Assembly (NCBI GenBank): GCA_964344935.1
Contig: CAYFPL010000013.1
Location: 27,625 to 91,624, forward strand
Direction: 5' to 3'
DNA: 64,000 bases
DNA from: an uncultured Rhodospirillaceae bacterium
GTDB lineage: Bacteria > Pseudomonadota > Alphaproteobacteria > GCA-2731375
Shown: positions 1-9,321 of the stretch, one piece after another
Position numbering within the stretch: position 1 is the stretch's first letter
How the letters are laid out: every line of letters starts with the position of its first letter
Translations under genes and position numbers: made by a program
The notes under the pieces: generated by a model
The model's database searches: none
What the model was told of the DNA's origin: nothing
The model's input: only the letters and a program-made list of their open reading frames with translations

Positions 1-1
1 G

Positions 2-1087
2 GAAATGATCTATGGCGTGGATCTGGTGGAACAGATGATCCGCATCGCCGCGGGCGAAGCCATGACCGTTTCACAGGACGATATGCAGGCCGACGGCTGG
101 GCCATCGAATGCCGCCTTTATGCCGAGGATCCCTACCGCAACTTCATGCCGTCCATAGGCCGCCTGGTGCGCTGCCGACCCCCGGCGGAGAGCGAGAGCG
201 TCCGGGTGGACACCGGCGTCGTGGAAGGCTCCGAAATCACCATGTTCTACGATCCCATGATCGCCAAGCTGTGCGCCAAGGGACAGGACAGACAAGGCGC
301 CATCGATGCCATGGCGGCGGCGCTGGACGGCTATTACGTACGCGGCATCAACCACAATATGAGCTTCCTCTCCGCCCTGATCACCCATCCCCGTTTTATC
401 GAGGGCCGGCTCACCACCGCCTTTATCGACGAGGAGTATCCCGACGGCTTCACAGGCGCCCCCCGGGACGGCCAGGTTCTCGACGCCCTGATCGCGGCAT
501 CGATCCTCCTCCATCGTCGCCGCGTCGGCCGGGAGGGCGAGATCGGCGGGCAGTTACCCCATTACCGGCCCGGCTTCGGCAGCGATTGGGTGGTCAGCCT
601 GGACGACAGCAATCATCCGGTCACGGTGGAGGATGCCGAGGACGGCCTGGATGTGCGGTTGGGTGACCGTCTGATTGCCGTGCGCAGCCATTGGCGCCCC
701 GGCCAGCGCATCTTCGAAGGCACGGTGGATGGCCGCCATGTCACCCTGCAGGCGGATCCGGAGGCGGACGGCTTCCGCCTCTTTCACGGCGGGGTGGAGG
801 CAAAGGCCACGGTGCGCACGCCCCGGGCAGCGGCGCTGGCGGCGCTGATGCCGGTGAAGCTGCCCCCCGATACCTCTAAATTCCTGCTCTGCCCCATGCC
901 CGGCCTTGTGGTCTCGCTAGACGTAGAGGCGGGCGACGAGGTCAAGGCGGGCCAGGCCCTCGCCGTCGTCGAGGCCATGAAGATGGAGAACATCCTGCGC
1001 GCCGAGCGCGACGGCGTGGTCGCCGCCCTCAAGGCCGCTCCCGGCGACAGCCTCGCCGTGGACGACATCATCCTGGAGTTCGAATAG
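2..1087 (+). CDS. Acyl-CoA (propionyl/acetyl-CoA) carboxylase alpha subunit, C-terminal part (biotin carboxylase C-domain + biotinyl/BCCP domain); 5' end lies outside the window
   Basis: ORF 5-1087 has no real start and the frame is open to base 2. The C-terminus carries the canonical biotin attachment motif EAMKMEN. Confidence 0.8.
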   Translation, partial: EMIYGVDLVEQMIRIAAGEAMTVSQDDMQADGWAIECRLYAEDPYRNFMPSIGRLVRCRPPAESESVRVDTGVVEGSEITMFYDPMIAKLCAKGQDRQGAIDAMAAALDGYYVRGINHNMSFLSALITHPRFIEGRLTTAFIDEEYPDGFTGAPRDGQVLDALIAASILLHRRRVGREGEIGGQLPHYRPGFGSDWVVSLDDSNHPVTVEDAEDGLDVRLGDRLIAVRSHWRPGQRIFEGTVDGRHVTLQADPEADGFRLFHGGVEAKATVRTPRAAALAALMPVKLPPDTSKFLLCPMPGLVVSLDVEAGDEVKAGQALAVVEAMKMENILRAERDGVVAALKAAPGDSLAVDDIILEFE

Positions 1088-1094
1088 GCCTGCC

Positions 1095-1385
1095 ATGGCG
1101 GCGCCCGGCCGCAAGGTGCATACAGTCATCACCGGCCGGGTACAGGGCGTCTGGTTCCGCGGCTGGACCGTGGATCAGGCCCGCGCCCTCGGTCTCGACG
1201 GCTGGGTCCGCAACCGGGGAGACGGCAGTGTCGAGGCGGTGCTGGCCGGCCCTGAAACTGCCGTGCAGAACATGCTCGTCGCGTTACACCAGGGTCCGCC
1301 CGCGGCCCGGGTGCATACCGTGGCGGTTTCGGATTGGGATGGGAACGTGGCGCCCGGTTTCCAACAATACCCGACGGAATTGTAG
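1095..1385 (+). CDS. acyP: Acylphosphatase
   Basis: 96-aa ORF with VQGVWFRGWT...GWVRNRGDGSVE, the classic acylphosphatase signatures. It starts 8 nt after the carboxylase stop. Confidence 0.8.
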   Translation: MAAPGRKVHTVITGRVQGVWFRGWTVDQARALGLDGWVRNRGDGSVEAVLAGPETAVQNMLVALHQGPPAARVHTVAVSDWDGNVAPGFQQYPTEL

Positions 1386-1395
1386 TGGCCGCGAA

Positions 1396-1947
1396 TTAGG
1401 GCGCCAAAGGCAGGGGAACGCCCTCGGGCAGCGGCATATCGAACACGTTCAGGGTCATCGCAACCAGGACGTAATAGCCCAGCACCCCGACCAGATCGAC
1501 CACGCCCTGTTCACCCAACTGGGTCTTGGCGGATGCGTAGGTGGCATCCGAAACCGTGCGCTCGCGGTAGAGTTCGGTTGCGAACTCGTAGACAGCCGCT
1601 TCGTCCGCCTTGTCGAATGTGGGTTGGCGCCGCTCGCGAATGGCCTCGATGACCATTTTTGACAGGCCGCCTTTCAGGGCCATGGGCTCGTGGGCGTACC
1701 ATTCGAACTGGGCCGTCCAATGCCGGGCCGTGATTAGGATGGCCAGCTCCGACAGGCGTGGCTCCAGGACACTGTTGAAGCGGCAGTATTCGCCCAGCCG
1801 CTGCGCCCGGTCGGCGAATTCGGGGCTGTGGATCCATGCCTGGAACGGCCCGCCCATGCCACCCCGGGGGCCAGAGACGATGGCATCGTGGAACTGGCGC
1901 TGGGCGTCGTTCATATCGGCGGGGTCAATGGCGGGGATACGGGGCAT
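1396..1947 (-). CDS. Carboxymuconolactone decarboxylase (CMD/AhpD-like) family protein
   Basis: Translation from MPRIPAIDPADMNDAQRQFHD...ARHWTAQFEWYAHE matches the CMD family. The start was moved to the internal ATG at 1947. Confidence 0.65.
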   Translation of the reverse strand: MPRIPAIDPADMNDAQRQFHDAIVSGPRGGMGGPFQAWIHSPEFADRAQRLGEYCRFNSVLEPRLSELAILITARHWTAQFEWYAHEPMALKGGLSKMVIEAIRERRQPTFDKADEAAVYEFATELYRERTVSDATYASAKTQLGEQGVVDLVGVLGYYVLVAMTLNVFDMPLPEGVPLPLAP

Positions 1948-2015
1948 GCGTGATGTCCTAACGCTATTGTTAAAGTGGAGTGGTGATTGTTGGTGGACGG
2001 CGTCGGCGCGCCCGG

Positions 2016-2948
2016 TCAACGCACTTTGAAAACCAGCTTACCGCGCAGATGCCGTGCTTCGCTGACCCGGTGCGCGGCGGCTGCCTCGGAAAGTGGATAT
2101 TCGGTGATCGGCGGCACAGTGACCGAGCCGGCCTCGAACAGTTCCACAATGCGCTCCAAATGCTCTCGGTCCCGGCCCACGGCGGGGCGTAGGGCGTCCA
2201 CGTCGTCGCGGGGGCATTCCGGCGCCGTGGCGCCGGAGGCAATGAAGGCGGCCCGGCCGCCCGGTTTCAAGACCGCGAAGGATCGTTCCGCCACATCGCC
2301 GCCCACGGTTTCGAACACCGCGTCGCAGTCGAACACCGCATCGGCGAAATCCTGAGCGTTGTAATCGATAATGCGGTCGGCGCCCAGGGCGGAGACATAG
2401 TCGTGGTTGGCGGCGCTGGCGGTGGTGATGACACGGGCGCCCAAATGCTTGGCCAGTTGGATGGCAAAACCCGCCACGCCGCCGGCACCGCCCTGGATCA
2501 GAATGGTCTCGCCGGGCTGCAACTTCAGGGTATCTTCAAGGCTCACCGTTGCTGTCAGGCCGGCCAGGGCGAGTGCGGCGGCGGCCACGTGGGAGAGGCT
2601 GTCGGGCTTGCGGGCGATAATGGCGGCCTTGATGGCGATCTTCTCGGCATAGGCGCCTTCTTGGCCCACGTCGCAGACCCCGAACACCGCATCGCCGATG
2701 GCGAAATCCTCCACACCGTCGCCCAGGGCGCTGACCACGCCGGAGAAGTCCCGGCCAAGGATATAAGGGAACGCCAGCTTGGCGCCGCCATATTCATCCG
2801 CCCGCACCTTCCAATCGGCGGCATTGACAGAGGCCGCGTGGATGTCCACTACCACTTGCCCGGGACCCGCAACCGGGTCGGGCATATCGCCATAAACGAG
2901 GACTTCCGGACCCCCGTTCCGCTCCATCAACGCCGCTTTCATGACCAA
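2016..2948 (-). CDS. NADPH:quinone oxidoreductase / zinc-type alcohol dehydrogenase (MDR) family protein
   Basis: MKAALMERNGGPEVLVYGD...ILIQGGAGGVAGFAIQLAK is the MDR Rossmann pattern. Confidence 0.8.
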   Translation of the reverse strand: MVMKAALMERNGGPEVLVYGDMPDPVAGPGQVVVDIHAASVNAADWKVRADEYGGAKLAFPYILGRDFSGVVSALGDGVEDFAIGDAVFGVCDVGQEGAYAEKIAIKAAIIARKPDSLSHVAAAALALAGLTATVSLEDTLKLQPGETILIQGGAGGVAGFAIQLAKHLGARVITTASAANHDYVSALGADRIIDYNAQDFADAVFDCDAVFETVGGDVAERSFAVLKPGGRAAFIASGATAPECPRDDVDALRPAVGRDREHLERIVELFEAGSVTVPPITEYPLSEAAAAHRVSEARHLRGKLVFKVR

Positions 2949-3079
2949 TCCCCATATTTATTGTTTGCCGGCTATCTTGCCGGACGGGCAGGGCGAAGTC
3001 CAACGCCACCCGGCTGGATTATGCCAGCCGGAGCGCTTAGGTTGGTGCCTGAGTGTTTGTTCTGTTGAGGCGGAAAGAG

Positions 3080-4261
3080 ATGCGGAAATCCAGATTGCCG
3101 GCGGGTGGGGCGAATATCTTCATGAAGATTCGGGCCAAGCGGGCCGAGGCCGCGGCGGCGGGCCAGAAACTCGTGGATCTGTCCATCGGCGAGCCTAAGG
3201 GGGCGGCGCTGATGAGCGCCCGGCTGGCGGCCCGCGATGCCATCATGAGCGAAGAAGAGGCCATGCACGCCTATCAATACAACGACAGCGCCGCTGTCCC
3301 TGGGTTTTCCCAGCGTTTCATCCGCGCGCATTTGAAGAGCGATCTGCCGGACGACGGCCTGGATTATCTGCCCATCTCGGGCATCAAACCATCCCTGGGT
3401 TTCCTCCCACTCGCCTGCGGCGCTGTTGAAGGACCGGTGAAGGTGGCCACCATGACCAAGCCGGGCTATCCCACGCCGGCCGATCAATGCGCCCTGCAGG
3501 TCAATGTGGAGCACTATGCCCTGCCCCTGAACGGCGGCAATGAATACCGCTTCGCCATTTCGGAGATCGCGCCGGGCACCGACCTGATCATGGCCAACTA
3601 TCCCCATAATCCTTCCGGACAGATTGCCGAGGCCGACTGGTGGCGGGACCTGTGCCAATACTGCTCCGACAACGACATTCGCCTGTTCAATGACGCCGCC
3701 TATATCTCCCTCTCCCATAGTGACGATTGCGCCACGCTGTCGGAGGTCGCCGTCGATTTCCCCGACCTGTCCTGGTCGGAGGCCTTCACCGCCGCCAAGC
3801 TGATCGGCAACGGCACGGGCTGGCATATCGGCGCCATGGTCGGCTCGGCGGATTTCATCGGCGATGTGAAGATCATCAAGGGAAAAACCGATACCGGCTT
3901 CGTCGCCCCCCTGGCCGCCGGCGTCCTGGCGGCGCTGGAAACCGACCAGGCGGGCATCGCTGCTTGCCGGGAAATGTATGCCGAACGTCTGCGCGTCCTC
4001 ATCGATCTTATGCAGGGTTGCGGCATGCGCCTGGCCATCGAGCCCCGGGCCGCCTTCTATACTTTGTGGGATACGCCTACGAAGGCCTTCGGCGAAGCGA
4101 TCACCAGCGGCGAACAGTTCAATTTCATGATGATCGAGCGCACCGGCGTGGTGGGTGTGCATTTCGGCGATGCCTTGCGGTATGCGGTCTGTGCCGACGT
4201 GGCCGCCATGGCCGATGACCTGCGAGAGGCGTTCCAGGCGGCCGACGTCTCATACGACTGA
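3080..4261 (+). CDS. PLP-dependent aminotransferase (class I/II fold)
   Basis: N-terminal DLSIGEP motif and ANYPHNPSG (the NPTG-like motif of fold-type I aminotransferases). The start is uncertain between 3053, 3080 and 3125. Confidence 0.7.
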   Translation: MRKSRLPAGGANIFMKIRAKRAEAAAAGQKLVDLSIGEPKGAALMSARLAARDAIMSEEEAMHAYQYNDSAAVPGFSQRFIRAHLKSDLPDDGLDYLPISGIKPSLGFLPLACGAVEGPVKVATMTKPGYPTPADQCALQVNVEHYALPLNGGNEYRFAISEIAPGTDLIMANYPHNPSGQIAEADWWRDLCQYCSDNDIRLFNDAAYISLSHSDDCATLSEVAVDFPDLSWSEAFTAAKLIGNGTGWHIGAMVGSADFIGDVKIIKGKTDTGFVAPLAAGVLAALETDQAGIAACREMYAERLRVLIDLMQGCGMRLAIEPRAAFYTLWDTPTKAFGEAITSGEQFNFMMIERTGVVGVHFGDALRYAVCADVAAMADDLREAFQAADVSYD

Positions 4262-4276
4262 AATGGGGGAGGGAAC

Positions 4277-5704
4277 ATGACCAGCCATGCCGCCAACGGC
4301 CTCACGGGCGCCGATATCCGCGCCAAATTGCAGCATCCGGTGGTGGATGCAGACGGCCATATGATCGAATGCACTTTCGCGGTGCTGGATTTTGTGCGCC
4401 AGGTGGGCGGCCCTGAACTGGCCAAACGCTATGAGGATATGCTGGCGGGCGATCAGACCGGGGCCGGGCGGCGCGCGGTCTGGGTCGGTAATTCCGGGCC
4501 CGGCTCCATCGATCGGGCCACAGCCATGCTGCCGAAGCTCTACCGCGCCCGCCTGGACGAGGCCGGTATCGATTTCGGCGTGGTTTACGGCACTCTGGCG
4601 TTAAGCGTGTTGCGTCTTGATGACGACGAATTGCGGCCCGTGGTCTACCGCGCCATGAACATGCTGTATGCGGATATGTTCCAGGAGGTCGGCGACCGTC
4701 TCACACCTGCTGCCCTGATCCCCATGACCGACCCAAAGGAAGCGGTCGCGGAACTGGACTTCGCGGTGGGCGAGCTGGGCCTCAAGGTCATCGTGGTCAA
4801 CACCATGCTGCAGCGCCCGGCGCCGGAAGTGGCCGAAGCCGTGCCGCATCTGGCGCATCTGAGTTTGGATCTGACCTCTCCCGGTATCGACGTGGGCGAT
4901 GCTTACGATCCGGTCTGGGCCAAGTGCGTGGAACTGGGCGTCGCACCCAGCTGCCACAACGCCTTCCGGGGGCGGGGTTCCACCCACGGCTCGCCCCGGA
5001 ACTATTGCTACAACTCGTTGAACAGTTTCGGCCATGGCAGCGAATTTTTCTGCCGCTCTCTGTTCTTCGGCGGTGTGCCTCACCGCTTTCCCGACCTGAA
5101 GTTTTGCTTCCTGGAGGGGGGCGCCGGCTGGGCGGCGCAGCTCTATAACAGCCTGTTCGAATATTGGGAGAAGCGGAACCTGGGCGCCCTGAGCCAAAAC
5201 CTGGACCCGGCCCGCCTGGACATCGACCTGCTGGTGGAGATGGCGGAGAGGTATGGCGATGCGCGCCTGACACCGGAACGCATCCGGGCCCAGCCGCACC
5301 AGCCGGGCACGACGCAGCTGTTCGTGCCGCCGGACGAACTGGATGATTTCGCCGGCACCGGCATCACCGGCGGCGAAGACATCCGCCGCATCTTCGATGA
5401 CAACTTCTATTTCGGCTCGGAAGCCGACGACCGCATGACCGCCGTCGCCTTCGATACCCGACTGAACCACCATGGCGCCAAGCTGAACGCCATTCTGGGG
5501 TCCGATATCGGCCATTGGGACGTGCCCGATATGACCAAGGTGATGGTGGAGGCTTACGAAATGCTCGATGACGGCTTTCTGGACGAGGCCGACTTTCGCG
5601 ATTTCACCTTCGCCAACGTCAGCCGTATGCATACCGGCATGAATAGGGATTTCTTCAAGGGCACGGTGGTCGACGGCGCGGTGGAAGATCTTTTGGCCGA
5701 ATAG
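4277..5704 (+). CDS. Amidohydrolase-2 (ACMSD-like metal-dependent hydrolase) family protein
   Basis: VVDADGHMIE N-terminal metal-binding motif and overall TIM-barrel amidohydrolase_2 pattern. It sits 15 nt after the aminotransferase. Confidence 0.65.
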   Translation: MTSHAANGLTGADIRAKLQHPVVDADGHMIECTFAVLDFVRQVGGPELAKRYEDMLAGDQTGAGRRAVWVGNSGPGSIDRATAMLPKLYRARLDEAGIDFGVVYGTLALSVLRLDDDELRPVVYRAMNMLYADMFQEVGDRLTPAALIPMTDPKEAVAELDFAVGELGLKVIVVNTMLQRPAPEVAEAVPHLAHLSLDLTSPGIDVGDAYDPVWAKCVELGVAPSCHNAFRGRGSTHGSPRNYCYNSLNSFGHGSEFFCRSLFFGGVPHRFPDLKFCFLEGGAGWAAQLYNSLFEYWEKRNLGALSQNLDPARLDIDLLVEMAERYGDARLTPERIRAQPHQPGTTQLFVPPDELDDFAGTGITGGEDIRRIFDDNFYFGSEADDRMTAVAFDTRLNHHGAKLNAILGSDIGHWDVPDMTKVMVEAYEMLDDGFLDEADFRDFTFANVSRMHTGMNRDFFKGTVVDGAVEDLLAE

Positions 5705-5712
5705 ACGAGCTC

Positions 5713-6642
5713 TCAGGGAACGATCAGGGTCGGCGGCAGACGCCAAAGCCGTTCGGCGTTCTTATGGGCGATGGCCTCGGCCACCGCCAGGGGCATATGT
5801 GCCAATGCGCGGCGCCAGTGCCGGGCCTGGGCCACGTAGAAGCCGCCCCAATGCTCTGGAAACACATTGTCGAAGGCCAGGATGAAACGGTCCGGATGAT
5901 CGGCCATCACCTTCGCCCAGGCCGGCTTTAGGCGCTCGCCGTCGAACAGGTTGGCCCAGGGCTGCCGGGAGCGGGCCACGGTAATGGGATTGCTGTGGGA
6001 GGTGAGGAAATGCAGATTGCGATGGGCTTCCAACAGGGCCCGGGCCTCGACCGGATCGTCGATCTGGCCCATATGGATCAAGGCCATGGGGTGGCCGGGG
6101 TGGCGCTCGAGCAGCGCTTTCATTTTGGCCATGAAGGGTGCCCGGTCGTCGCCGGCGGCGGCGAACTCGATATGCAGGATAAAGGGCCAGCGATGTTCCA
6201 TGGCCGCATCCAGATAAACCCCGACTTTTGCATGGTCGGGCGCGATGACGAATTTCCCGGCCTTGTTGCCCTTTTGCGCATGCCAAAGAATGACTTCCGC
6301 CAGGGCGCCATAGCTGCCTGCTGCGATTTCCTTGCCCACGAACCGGCGAAAGAAAGCGATGCCCTTGCGGCCCCTGAAATAAGCTTTGGTCTTGGTCCGC
6401 ACGGTTGCAGTGATGCGATCGGGATGGGCTCGGGCCAGAGCCAGGATATCCGCCGGCGCCCGGCGGAAGCGCGGCGATAGCAAAACCCGGCCGATGCCGG
6501 CCCGGTTCATGGTGCGGATCACCAGGTCCATATCCGTATCGCCGTCGATCTGGCTATGGGCATCGAGCAGAGGCAATTCCGCCGCCCAGACAAGTCTTGA
6601 TGCTAAAAGCAGCAGCAGGAGAGCGAGAGCAGCAGCTTTCAT
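5713..6642 (-). CDS. Amidohydrolase-family protein with N-terminal signal peptide
   Basis: MKAAALALLLLLLASRLVWAAE signal peptide, then LLDAHSQID and a metal-dependent hydrolase pattern. Confidence 0.55.
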   Translation of the reverse strand: MKAAALALLLLLLASRLVWAAELPLLDAHSQIDGDTDMDLVIRTMNRAGIGRVLLSPRFRRAPADILALARAHPDRITATVRTKTKAYFRGRKGIAFFRRFVGKEIAAGSYGALAEVILWHAQKGNKAGKFVIAPDHAKVGVYLDAAMEHRWPFILHIEFAAAGDDRAPFMAKMKALLERHPGHPMALIHMGQIDDPVEARALLEAHRNLHFLTSHSNPITVARSRQPWANLFDGERLKPAWAKVMADHPDRFILAFDNVFPEHWGGFYVAQARHWRRALAHMPLAVAEAIAHKNAERLWRLPPTLIVP

Positions 6643-6648
6643 GTGGCC

Positions 6649-8103
6649 TCAGTCCGGCCAGCCGCCGCGGGCATCCTGCAACAATTCGAACTCCAGGTTC
6701 GTGCGCGGGCCATAGGTCAGATGGCTCGGCTCCGGTGCCTCAAGGTATGCCGTCTTCAGGCGGCCGACCGGGTCCAGGCCGGCCTTGCGCTTGATCTCGG
6801 CCGGATCGACGCCATAGACGGCGGCGCCGTTGAGGCCGAACACTTTGGCCTTCAACGTCTCATCCAGAGCGGGGTAGCCGTGGCGTTCCTGAAGTTGTTC
6901 GGATATCTCGAAGGCGCGGAAAGCCTGGATCTGATCTTGGGGGGAGCCGTACCAGATGGAATCCGTACCCCATAGCAGCCGGTCGTGGCCGACATATTTC
7001 AACAGCTTGCCCAGGGTATGGGCCGCCGCCGTCGGATCCCGCATCAGGATGCGCCAGGTACTGCCCAGTTCCGCATAGACATTGGCGTTGGGGGCAATGC
7101 CGTTATCAGCCAGGCTTTTGATCAGGGTGTTGACGCCGCGTTGGGCGTTGTCGGGGTCGTAGGCGCCTTCCCGGGTGTCGGTCTCCAGCCCGGAATGATA
7201 GATGATGAAATTGACGTCCGGGAACCGCCGCGCCGCCGGGCCCACATCCGTGCAGTCGCTGAATTTTGGCGAGAAGCGCGGAAAGGTCAGGCCCTTGTGG
7301 ATGCAGATGTTGCGGATGCCCAGGGTCCGGGCCTTTTCGATGAACGGGATGCCCACCTCTTCGTCGTCCAGGCGCCAGCCGATGCCCCGGGGCCCCCATT
7401 GGGTATAGACCTTCCAGGCCGCGATCTGCCAGGTGGCGGCGGCCTGTTCCATGCCGCGCAGCTGTTCCCCCAGCGGCGGCAGGTTGGGCAGCACGACCGC
7501 ATGCAGCAACAAACGCCGGCCATCGCCCAGGGCCGCCACCAGGTCCCGCGTGCGGGCCGCCTCCGCCATGCTCAGCGGATTGCGGTCGGGCGGTGCGGGA
7601 ATGAAGCTCATCACCGCCATGTCCGTGTCGCTGTTGTGGAACACTTCATGCACGTAGTGGGCCGCGGAGTAGCAGTCCACCGGGTCGCTCTCGCCGCAGG
7701 ATCCCTGGGGCCACCAGGCCAGCACCCGCTCGAAGCCCGGGTTCCTTTGCCGCCAGCCGCCCTGCGGTTCCACCATGTGGGTCTGCACATCGAAGATGAA
7801 CTCATCCCCCGAAAGGGCGGCCTGCGCCGCCTCGCCGTCGAGGGCGGCATCCTTGGGCAGGATGAAACGCCCGCCCTGATTGCCCTTGGCGGCAAAGGCG
7901 GTATTGAACGCCGCCAATGTCGTGGCCGCGCCACACAAACCGTTCAGAAAGGCGCGGCGGGGGATGCCGGATTTCCTGGCATTGTCGGTCAGCAGCTCCT
8001 GGGCCAGAGCGTGGGCCTTGCGCAAATGTGCCGGCACCGGGATGGGCCGGTATTCACCGTTGGAGGTGCTGTCGATCTTGATGGGCAGGCGGCCTTGGCG
8101 CAT
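6649..8103 (-). CDS. Tat-exported amidohydrolase-family protein
   Basis: Twin-arginine motif RRAFLNGLCGAATTLAAF, then FIFDVQTHMVEP and an amidohydrolase_2-like body. Confidence 0.55.
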   Translation of the reverse strand: MRQGRLPIKIDSTSNGEYRPIPVPAHLRKAHALAQELLTDNARKSGIPRRAFLNGLCGAATTLAAFNTAFAAKGNQGGRFILPKDAALDGEAAQAALSGDEFIFDVQTHMVEPQGGWRQRNPGFERVLAWWPQGSCGESDPVDCYSAAHYVHEVFHNSDTDMAVMSFIPAPPDRNPLSMAEAARTRDLVAALGDGRRLLLHAVVLPNLPPLGEQLRGMEQAAATWQIAAWKVYTQWGPRGIGWRLDDEEVGIPFIEKARTLGIRNICIHKGLTFPRFSPKFSDCTDVGPAARRFPDVNFIIYHSGLETDTREGAYDPDNAQRGVNTLIKSLADNGIAPNANVYAELGSTWRILMRDPTAAAHTLGKLLKYVGHDRLLWGTDSIWYGSPQDQIQAFRAFEISEQLQERHGYPALDETLKAKVFGLNGAAVYGVDPAEIKRKAGLDPVGRLKTAYLEAPEPSHLTYGPRTNLEFELLQDARGGWPD

Positions 8104-9299
8104 TAGACGGCCCGCAGATTTTCCATCGGCCGGATGGCGCGGCTGTCCGGGAACACCTTGTCCTCCACGAAAGCCTGGTCGATGCCCAGATGGGACATGA
8201 CCACGCCCTTGAAGACCGATCGTAAGTCCGTGGTGGGCATCAGGTCGCGGCCTTCATACAGCGCCGTCTTGCCCAGGCCCGGCCAGTCGCTGTGGACCTT
8301 GCCGCCGCGCACGGCGCCCCCCAACAGCAGCATGGCGCCCCCCGTGCCGTGGTCGGTGCCGTCGGTGCCGTTGGGCACGGCGGTGCGGCCGAACTCGGTC
8401 ACCACCAGGACCATGGTTTTCTCCCAGGCCGCGCCCAGGCCTGACTTCAAGGCCATCAACATGCCGTCCAGGGTCGGCATGCGGTAGGACAGGGCGATGT
8501 TCTGATAGCCATGGGTGTCCCAGCCACCCATGTCCAGGGCCGCCACCCGGGCGCCATCGTCGGCGGCCAGCATGCGCCCGGCTGCCGCCGCCAGGTCGGC
8601 CAGGGCCTGGCGGCCCGAGGCCCCACTGCGCACGGTTTCCAGATGGCCGAGGCGGTCCCGGTTGGCCAGATCGGACTTGATGCCTTGGTTCAGGGCCCCC
8701 GCGATGGCGGGGTCGGTGCTGGAGATGGCCAGCAATTTATTCAGGTAGTCAGGTTCCGGCCGGGGCAGGCGCCGGGGTGCCCAGGTGGAGATAGGCGTCG
8801 CACCCTGCAGGATCAACGGCGTGCCATAGCCCACCGCCAGGCCGGCCCGGGGCTGGCGCTCGCCAAAGTAACCGAGCGCCCGGTTCAGCCAGCCATCGGC
8901 CAAGGCGCTGACGCTGTTCAGGCCGTTCTCCAGCAAATCCTGGGCATCGAAGTGGGAGCGGCGGCGATAGCCGGTCTGGGCCGCATGCACTACGGCCAAT
9001 TGCTTTTGCTGCCACAACTGGCCCAGGCCCACCAGTCTGGGATGCAGGCCGAAGAAACCATCCAATTCAATATGCGGTATGTTGTCATTCAGCTGGGCCA
9101 GATTCTGGCGCAGCTTCTTGAACTGGCTATCGCCCGGCGCCGGCACCATGGCCAGACCATCGGCGCCGCCGCGCAGGATCACCACCACCAGGCGGCTGTC
9201 CAGGGGCGCGGCCGCCAGGGCCAGGCGGCCGCCGCCCATGGTTGCAATCGCGGTGGCCGTGGCGGCGCTGCCTTGGAGAACCTTGCGTCGCGTGATCAT
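8103..9299 (-). CDS. DUF1501 family protein (Tat signal)
   Basis: Start set at MITRRKVLQGSAATATAIA (Tat motif). LDMGGWDTHG and VVTEFGRT motifs typical of DUF1501. Its stop overlaps the start of the 6649-8103 gene. Confidence 0.75.
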   Translation of the reverse strand: MITRRKVLQGSAATATAIATMGGGRLALAAAPLDSRLVVVILRGGADGLAMVPAPGDSQFKKLRQNLAQLNDNIPHIELDGFFGLHPRLVGLGQLWQQKQLAVVHAAQTGYRRRSHFDAQDLLENGLNSVSALADGWLNRALGYFGERQPRAGLAVGYGTPLILQGATPISTWAPRRLPRPEPDYLNKLLAISSTDPAIAGALNQGIKSDLANRDRLGHLETVRSGASGRQALADLAAAAGRMLAADDGARVAALDMGGWDTHGYQNIALSYRMPTLDGMLMALKSGLGAAWEKTMVLVVTEFGRTAVPNGTDGTDHGTGGAMLLLGGAVRGGKVHSDWPGLGKTALYEGRDLMPTTDLRSVFKGVVMSHLGIDQAFVEDKVFPDSRAIRPMENLRAV

Positions 9300-9321
9300 G
9301 GTTCCAGCCTTTCCAAATCTG

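Noticed and set aside
2972-4162. 396-aa minus-strand ORF antisense to the aminotransferase
   Set aside because: Shadow ORF in a 68% GC region with no recognisable domain. The plus-strand product has clear aminotransferase motifs.
4601-5746. 381-aa minus-strand ORF antisense to the amidohydrolase at 4277-5704
   Set aside because: Same reasoning. The sense-strand gene has the metal-binding motifs.
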